NCBI GenBank assembly: GCA_963699755.1
Contig: CAVOVB010000003.1
Span: 576,001 to 640,000, forward strand
Length of the DNA stretch: 64,000 bases
Reading direction: 5' to 3'
DNA from: an uncultured delta proteobacterium
GTDB taxonomy: Bacteria; Myxococcota_A; Polyangia; Polyangiales; Houyiibacteriaceae
Shown here piece after piece: positions 17,580 to 28,384 of this stretch (positions are counted from its first letter, which is position 1; every line of letters starts with the position of its first letter). A program made the position numbers and the translations under genes. Under the pieces are notes generated by a model. It was not told the DNA's origin, searched no databases, and was given only the letters and a program-made list of their open reading frames with translations.

Positions 17580-20338
17580 CAGCAGCCATCGTCATTCGAG
17601 GAGCCCGCGAGCACAATCTGAAGAACGTCACAGTGAGCCTCCCGCGAGAGCGGCTGACGGTCGTCACGGGGCCGAGCGGGAGTGGCAAGTCCAGCCTGGT
17701 CTTCGATACGCTGTACGCCGAGGGCCAGCGCCGGTACGTCGAGTCGCTCAGCGGCCACGCGCGGCGCGTGCTCACCAAGTTGCGGCGCCCAGACGTCGAT
17801 GTCATCGAGGGTCTTTGCCCTGCGATCGCGGTTCGTGAACGGGCCCCTTCGCGTAACCCTCGCTCGACGGTCGGCACGCTCACCGAAATCAACGACTACA
17901 TGCGGGTCCTGTTCGCCACGGTTGGGGAGGTTCACTGCCCTGTGTGCGGCGAACGACTGAGCGCGCATTCGGTCGCGCAGGTCGTGCAGTTTGCCTTGCA
18001 GCTTCCTGAAGGCACACGCTTTGCGGTCCAGGCGCCGGTCGTGCGGCCGGGGGCGGCCATCCCGAAAGAGCTCGTCGGCGAGTTGCGGGCCAAGGGCTTC
18101 GTTCGCCTCCGCGTCGACGATGCACTGGTCGATTTGGCGGACCTGGGCAGGCTTCGCGCTGGGGCATCGGTCGACGTGGTCATCGACAGGCTGTCGGTTC
18201 GAGAAGGGATCGGCTCGCGTCTCGCGGAAGCCGTCGAGCTCGCCTACCAGTTGAGCGACGGTGTGGTGGAGCTTCGCCAGCAGGCGGGTGCGCGTCATCG
18301 GTTTTCGGAAAACTACGTTTGCTTCGAAGGGCACGCTTCGATTCCGCAAGTCGGTCCGCGGCTCTTTTCGTTCAACACGCCGCTCGGCGCCTGCGCGACC
18401 TGCGACGGTCTTGGGCTGACGCGGAGCTTCACCGCGGAGTTGGCCATCACGGACCCTCTCCTTTCATTGAGGCGCGGCGCCGTGACCGCCTGGGGGAAAC
18501 CGGACCTCGCGTACTACCGGTCGATGCTCGAGAAGATCGGTGCGGCCGGTATCGAGCTCGACACGCCCTTCGAGAGGCTCTCGAAGAAACAGCGACGGGT
18601 CGCCCTCGAAGGCGGCGCAGGGTTCGAAGGGATTTTGCCGGGCCTCGAACGGCGCGCGCACGAGTATGCGCGTCGCAAGCTCGCCGAAGGCGGTGATGAG
18701 GAACGCGTGCTCGAGTTTCTCGACGAAGAGCTCGGGCAGTTCGCGAAAATGGAGGTCTGTCCCGAGTGCAAAGGCTCGCGCTTGAACCAGAACGCACGCT
18801 CGGTTCGCATCGGGGGGCGCGCGATAGACGAGGTGAGCTCGTTGAGCCTCGGTGCGCTCGAGGCTTGGCTCGATGGGGTTCGGGTTTCCTCGGAGCGCGA
18901 AGCCGCGGTGCGACCCTTGCTGCAGTCGGTCAGCGACCGCCTCGCGTTTCTTCAGCGGGTGGGCCTCGGCTATTTGAGCCTCGACCGAAGCGCCGGGACC
19001 CTTTCCGCGGGCGAATCGCAGCGCGTCCACCTCGCGACTCAGCTTGGCGCGCGATTGTCTGGGGTGCTCTACGTGCTCGACGAGCCGACCGCCGGTCTGC
19101 ACCCCGCCGATGCTGCGCAACTGTTGGGCACCCTCGGTGAGCTTCGCGACCTCGGCAACACCTTGGTGGTCGTCGAGCACGACGAGCAAACCATGCGCGC
19201 CGCCGAGCACATGGTCGAAATGGGGCCGGGCGCCGGCGAGCTCGGCGGAGAGTTGGTTGCCGAGGGCAGTGTCGCGGAGATCGTCGCCAACGAGGACTCG
19301 TTGACCGGCGCCTATTTGTCGGGCCGCCGCACGGTGGAAGTGCCTACGCGACGGCGCGCTGGGGTCGGCTCGCTCGGCCTTCGGGTCTCAGCGCTTCACA
19401 ACCTGCGAGACGTACGGGCGGAGTTTCCTTTGCGCTCTCTGTGCTGTGTCACCGGCGTAAGCGGGAGCGGCAAGAGCTCGCTTGTGGTGGATGCGCTCCT
19501 TCCAGCTGCCCGGGCGCAGCTCGGACTGACCGCGGAAGTGCTCCCGGGGGTGTCGGTGGAAGGAGGGCAGGGACTCGAGCGGGTGTCGTTCGTCGATGCC
19601 ACGCCGATCGGCCGGAGCGCTCGCTCGAACCCCGCCACTTATCTCGGTTTGCTCGGGCCGCTTCGAGAGCTCTTCGCTGGGGTGCCCGAGGCGCGCGCGC
19701 GAGGCTACCGAGCCGGCCGCTTCAGCTTCAACGTCAGGGGCGGGCGCTGCGAGGCCTGCAAGGGTGAAGGTGTTCAGCGCATCACCATGCAGCTCCTTCC
19801 CGACGCCGAAGTCGAGTGTGAAGTCTGCGGTGGGCGTCGATACAACGACGAGACGCTGAAGATCCGCTATCGCGGATTGAACATCGCCGAGGTGCTCTCG
19901 CTCCCTGTCGAAGCCGCGTACGACCTGTTCGAAGCGGTGCCCGCCGTGCGCGCTCGCCTCGAAGCGTTGCGGCGCGTGGGTCTCGGCTACCTCGAGCTGG
20001 GCCGCCGCTCGACGACGCTGAGCAGCGGCGAGGCCCAGCGCATCAAGCTGGCCCGAGACCTCGCGCAGCCGGCTCGCAAACCGACGCTCTACGTCTTCGA
20101 CGAGCCCACGCGCGGGCTACACTTCGTCGACGTGGAGCAGTTGATTCGAATCCTGCACCAGCTCGTCGACGACGGTCACACGATCATCGCCGTCGAGCAT
20201 CAGCTCGACGTCATTCGAAACGCGGACTTCGTCCTCGACCTGGGGCCCGGGTCGGGACCGGATGGGGGAAAGGTCGTTGCCGCGGGGACGCCGGAGGAGG
20301 TGAGGGCGAGTCGGACTGTAACTGGAGGGTTCATTTAG
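17576..20338 (+). CDS. uvrA: Excinuclease ABC subunit A (divergent UvrA)
   Basis: [36 protein letters not shown], Zn-finger CxxC pairs, second Walker [15 protein letters not shown]. Confidence 0.88.
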   Translation: MTAAIVIRGAREHNLKNVTVSLPRERLTVVTGPSGSGKSSLVFDTLYAEGQRRYVESLSGHARRVLTKLRRPDVDVIEGLCPAIAVRERAPSRNPRSTVGTLTEINDYMRVLFATVGEVHCPVCGERLSAHSVAQVVQFALQLPEGTRFAVQAPVVRPGAAIPKELVGELRAKGFVRLRVDDALVDLADLGRLRAGASVDVVIDRLSVREGIGSRLAEAVELAYQLSDGVVELRQQAGARHRFSENYVCFEGHASIPQVGPRLFSFNTPLGACATCDGLGLTRSFTAELAITDPLLSLRRGAVTAWGKPDLAYYRSMLEKIGAAGIELDTPFERLSKKQRRVALEGGAGFEGILPGLERRAHEYARRKLAEGGDEERVLEFLDEELGQFAKMEVCPECKGSRLNQNARSVRIGGRAIDEVSSLSLGALEAWLDGVRVSSEREAAVRPLLQSVSDRLAFLQRVGLGYLSLDRSAGTLSAGESQRVHLATQLGARLSGVLYVLDEPTAGLHPADAAQLLGTLGELRDLGNTLVVVEHDEQTMRAAEHMVEMGPGAGELGGELVAEGSVAEIVANEDSLTGAYLSGRRTVEVPTRRRAGVGSLGLRVSALHNLRDVRAEFPLRSLCCVTGVSGSGKSSLVVDALLPAARAQLGLTAEVLPGVSVEGGQGLERVSFVDATPIGRSARSNPATYLGLLGPLRELFAGVPEARARGYRAGRFSFNVRGGRCEACKGEGVQRITMQLLPDAEVECEVCGGRRYNDETLKIRYRGLNIAEVLSLPVEAAYDLFEAVPAVRARLEALRRVGLGYLELGRRSTTLSSGEAQRIKLARDLAQPARKPTLYVFDEPTRGLHFVDVEQLIRILHQLVDDGHTIIAVEHQLDVIRNADFVLDLGPGSGPDGGKVVAAGTPEEVRASRTVTGGFI

Positions 20339-20582
20339 GCGGGCCCAGTGTCAGTGTGAGTGCCGGCGCGAGCGTTCGGCGGTAGGTCAGGTCAATCGAT
20401 AGGGACTTCACACCGCCGCCGTCATCGCGCTTCGCCTCGTCAACTTCGGTCGTGCTGATCTGGGTCCCACCAGGGGCGATTCGAGCCCGGCTTCGCTGAG
20501 ACCCGAGCGAACGGAGGGCGAGGGTGTGACCGGTCCCTCTTGCCTGGGCCCCGTTCCAAGCGCAGCATCGTGCCTGGAACCG

Positions 20583-22094
20583 ATGGACATCACTGCCTCC
20601 CGTGCCTCCTTGGACAGCGCCCACGCCACGGCGGTCCCGCCAGGCTCGTTCGAGCCGCGCAATCACTTCTATACGCGCGTCCTCAACGCGCAGATCCATC
20701 CGATGGTGTCGTTCTTTCTGCGGATGTCGAATCGTCGAATCGTCAATCGCTACTGTCACCTGAATCCGAGAGTCGATCGGGATTTCCTCGAGGAGGTCCT
20801 CAACTACACGCCGAAGCACTTCAGGTGGGCCGGTGCCGACCTCTTCTGTACGACGACTGCCGCAGGGAACCGGCGGCTCGTCGTCGTAGAGACCAACTCC
20901 TGCCCGTCGGGCAACAAGTCGATGCCGCTCCTCTCCGACGACGACGAGCAAGGCGGGTATCGCAAGCTCATCGAAACCGCATTCCTTCCTCTCATTGGGA
21001 AGCCGAAGGCTGCCTCAGGAGACTTGGCAGTTCTCTTCGATAAGAACTACATGGAAGCCTCCGGCTACGCGGCCGTCATTGCCGATCTGAGCAACGAGAA
21101 TGTCTTCTTGACCCCGTTCCCAGACGGAACCGAAGACCCGCCGGCTCGGTTCAGCGATGGCCTGCTCGAAATCAGAGATGGCGACGGCCAGTGGCGGCCC
21201 ATTCGCGCGGCGTTTCGCTATGTCACCCAGAAACCGTGGAATCGGATTCCGATTCGAACGCGCACCCGCATTCTGAACCCCGTCGTGACCTGTCTTTCTG
21301 GAGGGCGAAACAAGCTGGTCGCCATGAAAGCCTACGACATCTACAACGCCGAGTTAGAGCCGTCGGGTCTTCAGATCCGAACCCCGCAGACCATTGGTGA
21401 CGTCACCAAGCAGCAAGTGCCCCTCTGGGTCCAGCGGTTTGGCGGGCAGGCCGTCGTCAAGGTGCCCTACAGCAACGCTGGCCAGGGTGTCTTCACGATC
21501 GTCGACCAAAGTGAGCTCGACCGGTTCATGGAAACAGAGCACAGCTACGACCGTTACGTGGTGCAGAGCCTGATCGGAAACTACGTGTGGAGCTCGGTCG
21601 AGCGGGCCGGTCGCTTCTACCACGTTGGCACGATTCCCGATCGACGTGGCGACATTTATGTCGCCGACCTGAGAATCATGGTCTGCGGCGGCGTCGACGG
21701 ATTTCGACCTCTCGCGGTGTACGCGCGTCGTTCGAGAAAGCCACTGCCCACGATGCTCGAGGCGGGCGAGTCTTCCTGGGACGTGCTCGGCACCAATCTC
21801 TCGGAACGCCAGCCCGATGGCTCTTGGGCAGCATCGACCGAGCGTCTTCTACTGATGGACCGACGCGACTTCAACACGATCGGCGTTGGCGCCGACGACC
21901 TCATCGAGGCGTACATCCAGACCGTTTTGGCATCGGTCGCCATCGACAAGATGACCGCAAGGCTCGTCACGCAGAAAGGAAGCTTGCGGCGGAGCTTGTT
22001 TCGTTCGCTCGACGACGACCCAGTGCTTCTCGAGGAGATCAAGCGCGGTGCCCGAGGCGGACGGGCCATCGCGGCGGACTTGCCCCGCCCGTGA
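20583..22094 (+). CDS. Uncharacterised ATP-grasp-like ligase
   Basis: GGRNKLVA, AVVKVPYSNAGQGV, YVVQSLI, DLRIMV and VETNS resemble ATP-grasp elements. The E-x-N motif lies N-terminally, suggesting circular permutation. Confidence 0.6.
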   Translation: MDITASRASLDSAHATAVPPGSFEPRNHFYTRVLNAQIHPMVSFFLRMSNRRIVNRYCHLNPRVDRDFLEEVLNYTPKHFRWAGADLFCTTTAAGNRRLVVVETNSCPSGNKSMPLLSDDDEQGGYRKLIETAFLPLIGKPKAASGDLAVLFDKNYMEASGYAAVIADLSNENVFLTPFPDGTEDPPARFSDGLLEIRDGDGQWRPIRAAFRYVTQKPWNRIPIRTRTRILNPVVTCLSGGRNKLVAMKAYDIYNAELEPSGLQIRTPQTIGDVTKQQVPLWVQRFGGQAVVKVPYSNAGQGVFTIVDQSELDRFMETEHSYDRYVVQSLIGNYVWSSVERAGRFYHVGTIPDRRGDIYVADLRIMVCGGVDGFRPLAVYARRSRKPLPTMLEAGESSWDVLGTNLSERQPDGSWAASTERLLLMDRRDFNTIGVGADDLIEAYIQTVLASVAIDKMTARLVTQKGSLRRSLFRSLDDDPVLLEEIKRGARGGRAIAADLPRP

Positions 22095-22097
22095 GCC

Positions 22098-23078
22098 TCA
22101 GGCCAGTCGCTCGAAGGCCGCAAGCACGGCGCTTCCGAAATCGTGGCCGTAGATGCGCTCGCTCGGGTAGAGCCCCCCGGGGCTGAATACATTGAGCTCG
22201 AGAATCTGCCCCCCAACGAAATCGACCCCCACATGGACGAGGCCTTCGCGGAGCAAATAGGGCGCAATGTCCGCGACCGCTTCGCGCATCTCTGCGCTGA
22301 CCGCCACCGCTTCTGCCTTCCCTCCCGCGTGTAGGTTGCTGCGAAAGTCATCCCGATGGGGAATCCGCGCAATCGCTGCGGCATCGCCGTCTAGCTCGAG
22401 GATCTGACCCTCCACGACGGTCACCCGGACGTCCCCGCGCTCTGCACCCGCTACGAACTCCTGCACCATGGCGTACCCTTGACGCAGCACCACATCGACG
22501 ATCTGTTTCCTGTTCAGTCGCGACCCGCCCGCCTCCAGCACGAAGACGTCCCGTCCGCGGGTTCCGTCGAGCGGCTTGATGACCGCCCGGTCCGATTCTC
22601 GTTCGACGAAGCGGTCGATCTGCGAGGGGTCGCGCGTCACCAGGGTTCGCGGCATGTATTTCGCCGGCAGGTCGAGCAACGAGAGCTTGGTGAGTGCGCG
22701 GGAAAGCCCCCGAGGGCTGTTGATGACTCGAGCTCCCCGTTCCTCCAAGCGCTCGAGCAGCCGGAGCGCCGCGATCTGCGTTGCGCGGCGCGACTCGTCT
22801 CTGCCGGGATTCGTGCGGATGATGCACAGGTCGTGCTCGTCGAGCGCTGTGCGCACCGTGCGGTTCTCCGAGAGCTGGCGAACCACCGTCGCAGGGTCGC
22901 CTCCGCTCAGGCTGCACGCGGTCGCGAGAAGCGCACCATCCTGGCTCGAGGTCAAGTCTCCGACGCCGCAGACGGAGACTTCGTGCCCCCGCCGCAGCGC
23001 GGCACTGATGAGGAGCGTCGTGGTTTGCTCGATGCTCGGCTCCCTCCGGTCGTTCACGACAAATGCGACGCGCATCAA
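22098..23078 (-). CDS. Glutathione-synthetase-like (GshB/RimK clan) ATP-grasp ligase
   Basis: IRTNPG, VINSPRGL, PRTLVTRD, IKPLDGTRGRDV, QEFV..GDVRV, DFRSNLHAGG, GVDFVG..ELNVFSPGG. Confidence 0.85.
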   Translation of the reverse strand: MMRVAFVVNDRREPSIEQTTTLLISAALRRGHEVSVCGVGDLTSSQDGALLATACSLSGGDPATVVRQLSENRTVRTALDEHDLCIIRTNPGRDESRRATQIAALRLLERLEERGARVINSPRGLSRALTKLSLLDLPAKYMPRTLVTRDPSQIDRFVERESDRAVIKPLDGTRGRDVFVLEAGGSRLNRKQIVDVVLRQGYAMVQEFVAGAERGDVRVTVVEGQILELDGDAAAIARIPHRDDFRSNLHAGGKAEAVAVSAEMREAVADIAPYLLREGLVHVGVDFVGGQILELNVFSPGGLYPSERIYGHDFGSAVLAAFERLA

Positions 23079-24163
23079 GCCTGGACCTCGAGCTTGGAAA
23101 GACCGGGGCCGCGGCGGTGGAAGTCATGCTCCGCGGCTGCGACCGCTCCCAGATGAAGAATGCGCGCCCCGGTTTGCCCAACCGGGTTGACGCTCTTGCC
23201 GATCACGACTCCGTCTGCTGGGGCGCTGTACTCGCGGATGATATCACCAAACGCATTTCGCAGTACCGCCACCCGTTGATCCTTGCGTACCGTGTCCATC
23301 GGCCCGGGCAAGACTTCGAGGAGGCCACCGCGATCGGTGTACATCCAACCAGAGTGCTCGCACAGCACCGGCTCGGCGCCCTCAGCCACCGGGCGGCGGG
23401 GCAGCATCCCGGCTGCAGCAAGCACACTGCGAAGCCCGGTCCGCGAAGAACGGATGTAGTTCGGCTGAAATCGCTGAGGGTCGCCGATTTCGAGCGTGAT
23501 GGAGGGAATGCCGAGGTCCATCGCAGCCCCGCGGAGCGTGTAATCGGACGCGGGGTTGTGCACTATGATCTGCGGCCGCTGCAGATACGCCATCGTCGCC
23601 GTCGCGGAGTGCGTCATGTCGGCTCGCACGTACACGCAATTGACCCGACCGAAGCTCGCGGTGTGTAAATCGACGAGGAAGTCAAAGCGGTTGACGATGC
23701 GATCGAGGATCCGGTGCGCGTAGACCTCAGCGACGTTGCCGTCCTCGCGCCCCGGAAACATGTGGTTCAGATCGGCGCCGTCGACGAACTCGCGTTGGTG
23801 CCTGTGAAGCCCAGGGACGTTGACCACGGCCACCGCCACCACCGTGCCGCTGAGCTGGCGGGGATGGATGTGATGCATGAGGTCGTGAATCACTCGGATT
23901 CCGTTGAGCTCATTGCCATGAACGGCGGCGGTCAGTCCGAAGACGGGCCCGTCACGCTTTCCGCGCGCGACAAGGACGGGAAGCAAGATGTCCTGGGCCA
24001 AGCCATTGGCCACCAGATCGACATAGAGGCGAGAGAGCCGGCCGCGCGGAAACTCGTCGATCACGAGCTCGCGGTGGCGATGAATTTCGCCAGGCACCCC
24101 ATTGCGCATGTCACCTTCCATACTTCCTGCCCGGACTCTGACACTCACCCTCATGCCGCGCAC
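23075..24163 (-). CDS. Succinylglutamate desuccinylase / aspartoacylase (AstE/AspA, M14-like) family protein
   Basis: AAVHGNELNG, DLNHMFPG, VDLHT, ITLEIG and a C-terminal barrel domain. Start uncertain. Confidence 0.88.
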   Translation of the reverse strand: MRGMRVSVRVRAGSMEGDMRNGVPGEIHRHRELVIDEFPRGRLSRLYVDLVANGLAQDILLPVLVARGKRDGPVFGLTAAVHGNELNGIRVIHDLMHHIHPRQLSGTVVAVAVVNVPGLHRHQREFVDGADLNHMFPGREDGNVAEVYAHRILDRIVNRFDFLVDLHTASFGRVNCVYVRADMTHSATATMAYLQRPQIIVHNPASDYTLRGAAMDLGIPSITLEIGDPQRFQPNYIRSSRTGLRSVLAAAGMLPRRPVAEGAEPVLCEHSGWMYTDRGGLLEVLPGPMDTVRKDQRVAVLRNAFGDIIREYSAPADGVVIGKSVNPVGQTGARILHLGAVAAAEHDFHRRGPGLSKLEVQA

Positions 24164-24298
24164 ATGGGCGGATACGGCATCCTAGACGAAGCCGGTCGAA
24201 AAAAGGGTTGCTCCATCCGTGAAACGGGGAGACGGTCGGCCTGACTCTCGCGATTTCCGCCCCCGCGGAAGGCTCGCGACCGACATCAGAGGAAGGCT

Positions 24299-25576
24299 AT
24301 GACCCAGAAAGCAACACTCGCATACGGCGACGAGATCTACGAGATGGCCCTCGTCGAAGGCACCTATCACGAGCAGGCGTTCGACATTCGAACCCTGCGG
24401 AAGGACACCGGGCTGATCACGCTCGACTCCGGGTACATGAACACCGGGGCGACGACGAGCCAGATCACCTACATCAACGGCGAAGAAGGCATTCTGCTTT
24501 ACCGCGGCTACCCCATCGAGCAGTTGGCCGAAGCATCCACCTTCGTCGAGACCAGCTACCTGCTCATCTACGGAGAGCTTCCAACGCCAGCGCAGCTCAG
24601 GGAGTTTTCGACTCTGCTCACCTATCACAGCATGTTGCACGAAGACATGCGCCATTTCTTCGATGGCTTCCCATCGAGCGCGCATCCCATGGCGGTCCTC
24701 TCCTCGATGGTGAGCGCGCTTTCAGCGTACTATCCGGACAGCCTCGAGCCCGATACCCAAAACGAGCATCACATCGCGCGGGTCCTTTCGAAGGTGCGCA
24801 CGATCGCGGCGTTCAGCTATCAGAAACAGCAGGGGAGACCGGTGGCCTATCCACGTAACGAGCTCAAGTACTGCGCGAACTTCCTCCACATGATGTTCTC
24901 GCACCCCGCCGAGCCCACCTACGATCCGGACCCTGCGCTGGTGAAGGCCTTGAACGTCCTCTTGATCTTGCATGCCGACCACGAGCAGAACTGCTCCACT
25001 TCCACGGTTCGCCTCGTGGGCTCGAGCCGCGCAAATCTCTACGCCGCGATCAGTGCGGGAATATCTGCTCTCTGGGGTCCGCTTCACGGCGGGGCCAATC
25101 AAGCGGTGATCGAGATGCTCCAGGAGATCAGGAATGAAGGCGGCAGTCCGAAGGCCTTCATGCAGCAGGTGAAGAATCGAGAGCGCCGACTGATGGGCTT
25201 CGGACACCGGGTTTACAAGAACTTCGATCCGCGCGCGACCATCCTCAAGAAGTACGCAGACCAGTTGCTCGGGCATTTGAACATCGAAGACGAGCTCTTC
25301 GACATCGCTAGAGAGTTGGAAGCGGTGGCCCTGTCCGATGAGTACTTCATCGAGCGGAAACTCTATCCGAACGTCGATTTCTATAGCGGCGTTCTGTATC
25401 GCGCGATGGGTATCCCCACCGACATGTTCACCGTGCTGTTTACGCTGGGGCGACTTCCAGGCTGGATTGCCCACTGGAAAGAGATGATGGAGGATCCGAA
25501 TCTACGTATCGGCCGGCCACGCCAGATCTACATGGGTCCCAAGAGCCGGGACTACGTCCCGATCGCCGAGCGCTGA
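24299..25576 (+). CDS. gltA: Type II citrate synthase
   Basis: GILLYRGYPIEQL, LHADHEQNCSTS, LWGPLHGGANQ, LMGFGHRVYKNFDPRA, YPNVDFYSG. Confidence 0.97.
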   Translation: MTQKATLAYGDEIYEMALVEGTYHEQAFDIRTLRKDTGLITLDSGYMNTGATTSQITYINGEEGILLYRGYPIEQLAEASTFVETSYLLIYGELPTPAQLREFSTLLTYHSMLHEDMRHFFDGFPSSAHPMAVLSSMVSALSAYYPDSLEPDTQNEHHIARVLSKVRTIAAFSYQKQQGRPVAYPRNELKYCANFLHMMFSHPAEPTYDPDPALVKALNVLLILHADHEQNCSTSTVRLVGSSRANLYAAISAGISALWGPLHGGANQAVIEMLQEIRNEGGSPKAFMQQVKNRERRLMGFGHRVYKNFDPRATILKKYADQLLGHLNIEDELFDIARELEAVALSDEYFIERKLYPNVDFYSGVLYRAMGIPTDMFTVLFTLGRLPGWIAHWKEMMEDPNLRIGRPRQIYMGPKSRDYVPIAER

Positions 25577-25707
25577 AGGTCCGGCGCAGCGGGTGAATTC
25601 CCAAGGGTGCTAGGTCGCCCCATTTTCAGCTCCGTTGGGATGGCCTCATCTTCCTTTTCCCGATTGCACGCGGGACATGCCGAGCCTAGACCATCCTGGG
25701 CTGAATA

Positions 25708-26736
25708 GTGGTCCAGAGGGGAACGCGGGCGATGAAATCCTTACGACTCTATGTGCTGGTTTTCGTGCTGACCGCCGACGTCATCGCGTGTGACCCGAGC
25801 GGTGAAGACGGCGATCAAAACGGTTTGGCCGGTGTCTCTTTCACGGAATCAAACGCAGCGGACTTGGGGGGCATTGCGGTCTCAGCGATCGAGGTCTTTC
25901 CGATTGTAAGCTCGGCGTATCAGGCGATTGTCGACGCGATCGAGATGCAAAATCCTATAGACGCCTCTTCGAGCACGAAGACCCTCGCCGACCTCGGCGA
26001 TATCGGTTTGTGCTCGTCTGGCCAATCCAAGCTCCGTTGGAATGACTCGGATGACGATGGCGTGCTCTCTGCCGGGGACACCACAGCGCTCGAATGGGTG
26101 GACTGCAACGACGAGATCACCGGAACGCTTGGCTTCAGCTTTCTAGCAGTTGCCTATGCATTGACCGTAGCCGATGTCGATCTGGCCGTCACCGTCGACA
26201 ACGGCCTCGACGCTCAGTCCCCGCCGCTCGTTCTCGAAGGCCGCTTCCGGGGCGAGATCAATGGAATCCCGGGCACCCCGGACACCCCGGAGTCCGCCAT
26301 CGCGCGGTATCTGGTGGTGGACCAAACTGATCCCTCGCTTGGCCTCACCACCGAAGCCGACGGCCAAGGTCAGTATGCCCTGGGCTGCTTCAATCTTTAC
26401 TTCACCATCGAGCTCGAACGAGGCAGCTACACCCTTGCAGAGCCCTTCGGCGTCTTCGGCCTCCCGGATTCTCGCATCATGACCATGCGCGCCTTTGCGC
26501 TGCCGCCCTTGGATTTCAAGAACGGCGACTATCCGACGAGCGGCGCAATCGGCCTTTTCGCGGAATCGGGAGCCACCCCCTGCACCGCCTTGGGTGTCGG
26601 TCCCGAAGGAGTGGATTCCAATGGGTCATTCACCACTGTGACGGCAACGACAGGAGGGGATGTCGTGCTGGAAGGCGAGACGCCGTCCGGAACGCCGTTC
26701 ACGGTGGAGACGACTTGGGTCGAGCTCCGCCGGTGA
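25708..26736 (+). CDS. Secreted / lipoprotein-like hypothetical protein
   Basis: Hydrophobic N-terminus ending VIAC. Acidic, Gly/Ser/Thr-rich body with a DSDDDG Ca-binding-like loop. Start may be 25732. Confidence 0.6.
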   Translation: MVQRGTRAMKSLRLYVLVFVLTADVIACDPSGEDGDQNGLAGVSFTESNAADLGGIAVSAIEVFPIVSSAYQAIVDAIEMQNPIDASSSTKTLADLGDIGLCSSGQSKLRWNDSDDDGVLSAGDTTALEWVDCNDEITGTLGFSFLAVAYALTVADVDLAVTVDNGLDAQSPPLVLEGRFRGEINGIPGTPDTPESAIARYLVVDQTDPSLGLTTEADGQGQYALGCFNLYFTIELERGSYTLAEPFGVFGLPDSRIMTMRAFALPPLDFKNGDYPTSGAIGLFAESGATPCTALGVGPEGVDSNGSFTTVTATTGGDVVLEGETPSGTPFTVETTWVELRR

Positions 26737-26823
26737 TCAGAAACTTGTTTGCGTACCGGCTCGTATCGGAGCGTCCGAGCTCATCACCCGAGCGAGGGGC
26801 CGACCCCAGTTCCGGGGCGACTC

Positions 26824-28140
26824 TCACCCACTGGCATCGAGCGAGCGGCTGAAGGCGTCGCCGACGGTCACGCAGGCCTCGCGCACTTCGAGCTCCCCGC
26901 CGACCAGAATCGCCAGAGGGTTCACTTCGACAGCTTCGATCTGGTCCTGCCACTGGTGAACAAACGCAGCGAGGCGCATCAGGACATCGCCTATGGCGCT
27001 GACGGCCCGAGTGCGCTCGTGCGGCGTGCCCGACAAGAGCAGCGAGCTTCCTCGAAGCCGAAGCAAGACCCGCTCGAGAGCCCTGGGTGTTGCGGGAAGA
27101 ACGGTTTGCGTAGTGTCTGCCGATGCCCTGCCATGCGGGTCTGCGAAGCCGATCTCGGCCAAGACCGGGCCGGAAGCCAGCGGCTCCATGCGAACGCGGA
27201 GTAGGGTGCGCGCCATCGTCGCTGCACTGACCGTGACGCCGAGCAGCCTCGCGCCCGCCGAGCGGTTCTTGGCCACGGCCATGATCTGACGAAACGCATC
27301 GCGCGCCTGCCCGGCCGAATAGACCTCCGCCGCCAAGTCCGGGTGGTCCCAGAGCCTGAGATCGGGCGATGCCAGCGCGACACGTACCGGAAAGCCGATG
27401 CGCGCGGCTTCCGATGCCGCGCGTGATGGCGTCGCGCAGAGCTCTTCGATCGGCAGCGGGACGTCGTACGGACCAAGGGCCGCCTTGCTCGCCGGATCGG
27501 AGAGCGCTCGTTGGGGCCCGAGGATCACGGCGAGCACCGACTCGGCTTCGACCCCTTCGACCATCGGAACCTTGGGACGCGAAGGGTCCTGCGACGCGCG
27601 CATGGCCCGGAGCGCTGCTGCCAGGTCCGGCGGGGAGCCGATCGGCCTGCTCGCTCCACCATCGGTCTGGTGTGCGATGAGTCCATCATCGATGCGCACG
27701 AAGCGGCCGTCGCTCCGGTGCCCGACACTTTCCCCCAGCCTCACCCGATCGACCGTAGGCAGCTCTTTGGTCGTCGCAGCCCAGGGACGTTCGGTGCCGA
27801 GCTCCAGCAACGCAGCCACCGCCACCAGGGGGCCGGTCTCACTCACGGCAGGCAGGCCGAGGTCGTGCAGCAAGCCGAGCGGCTGAGGTCCGATGACCGC
27901 GACCGGGATCTTCAGCTTCCGGGTGCGCATCGCCTCCGCCAAGCGCACCGCCGCGTCCGCCGACAAAGGCGCCTGCACCGCGATCCCGGCGAAACCCCCG
28001 GCGCTTAGCGTTTGGACCGCGGCTTCCCAAGGCCGCTCGCAGACCTCCGGCGCCAATGGCAGACCAATCCGGCCGGCGCCGCGCGCCAGATCGACCGCCA
28101 GCTCCGGGCAGTCACAGAAAATGCTCCACGCCTTTTGCAT
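26824..28140 (-). CDS. Acetate-CoA ligase (ADP-forming) beta-like ATP-grasp domain protein, divergent
   Basis: SKAALGPYDVP, AARIGFPVRV, GPVLAEIG, IEAVEVNPL resemble the ACD ATP-grasp domain. The N-terminal part is degenerate. Confidence 0.65.
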   Translation of the reverse strand: MQKAWSIFCDCPELAVDLARGAGRIGLPLAPEVCERPWEAAVQTLSAGGFAGIAVQAPLSADAAVRLAEAMRTRKLKIPVAVIGPQPLGLLHDLGLPAVSETGPLVAVAALLELGTERPWAATTKELPTVDRVRLGESVGHRSDGRFVRIDDGLIAHQTDGGASRPIGSPPDLAAALRAMRASQDPSRPKVPMVEGVEAESVLAVILGPQRALSDPASKAALGPYDVPLPIEELCATPSRAASEAARIGFPVRVALASPDLRLWDHPDLAAEVYSAGQARDAFRQIMAVAKNRSAGARLLGVTVSAATMARTLLRVRMEPLASGPVLAEIGFADPHGRASADTTQTVLPATPRALERVLLRLRGSSLLLSGTPHERTRAVSAIGDVLMRLAAFVHQWQDQIEAVEVNPLAILVGGELEVREACVTVGDAFSRSLDASG

Positions 28141-28278
28141 CGCCGTCCGCCGAAGGATACCCTTGCGCGGGGTTCACGCCCACTTCCTAGAATCCGGACC
28201 CTACCTAGAATTCCGCTGCGTAGTCTTAGGGCTCGATTCCAAACATCGGATCGGTTCTAGATTTGCAGCGACGCGAGC

Positions 28279-28306
28279 TTGACGCCTCGAACAGCACGGT
28301 GATAAT
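28279..28306 (+). promoter_or_regulatory. Putative sigma70 promoter
   Basis: TTGACG, 16 nt, GATAAT, upstream of the CDS at 28385. Confidence 0.55.
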
Positions 28307-28384
28307 CCGGGCTCGGTCGGTCTAACCCCGCATGATCAAAAGGGGGAATCGGCCGCTGGGGGTCATTCTGAGGAAAGTCGCGAC

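Noticed and set aside
20331..20951. 206-aa minus-strand ORF
   Set aside because: Largely antisense to the ATP-grasp-like gene, with no motif support.
22098..23078. Firm gshB assignment
   Set aside because: Sequence is divergent (RTNPG rather than RKDPP), no gshA is adjacent, and it is coupled to a deacylase. Family-level call only.
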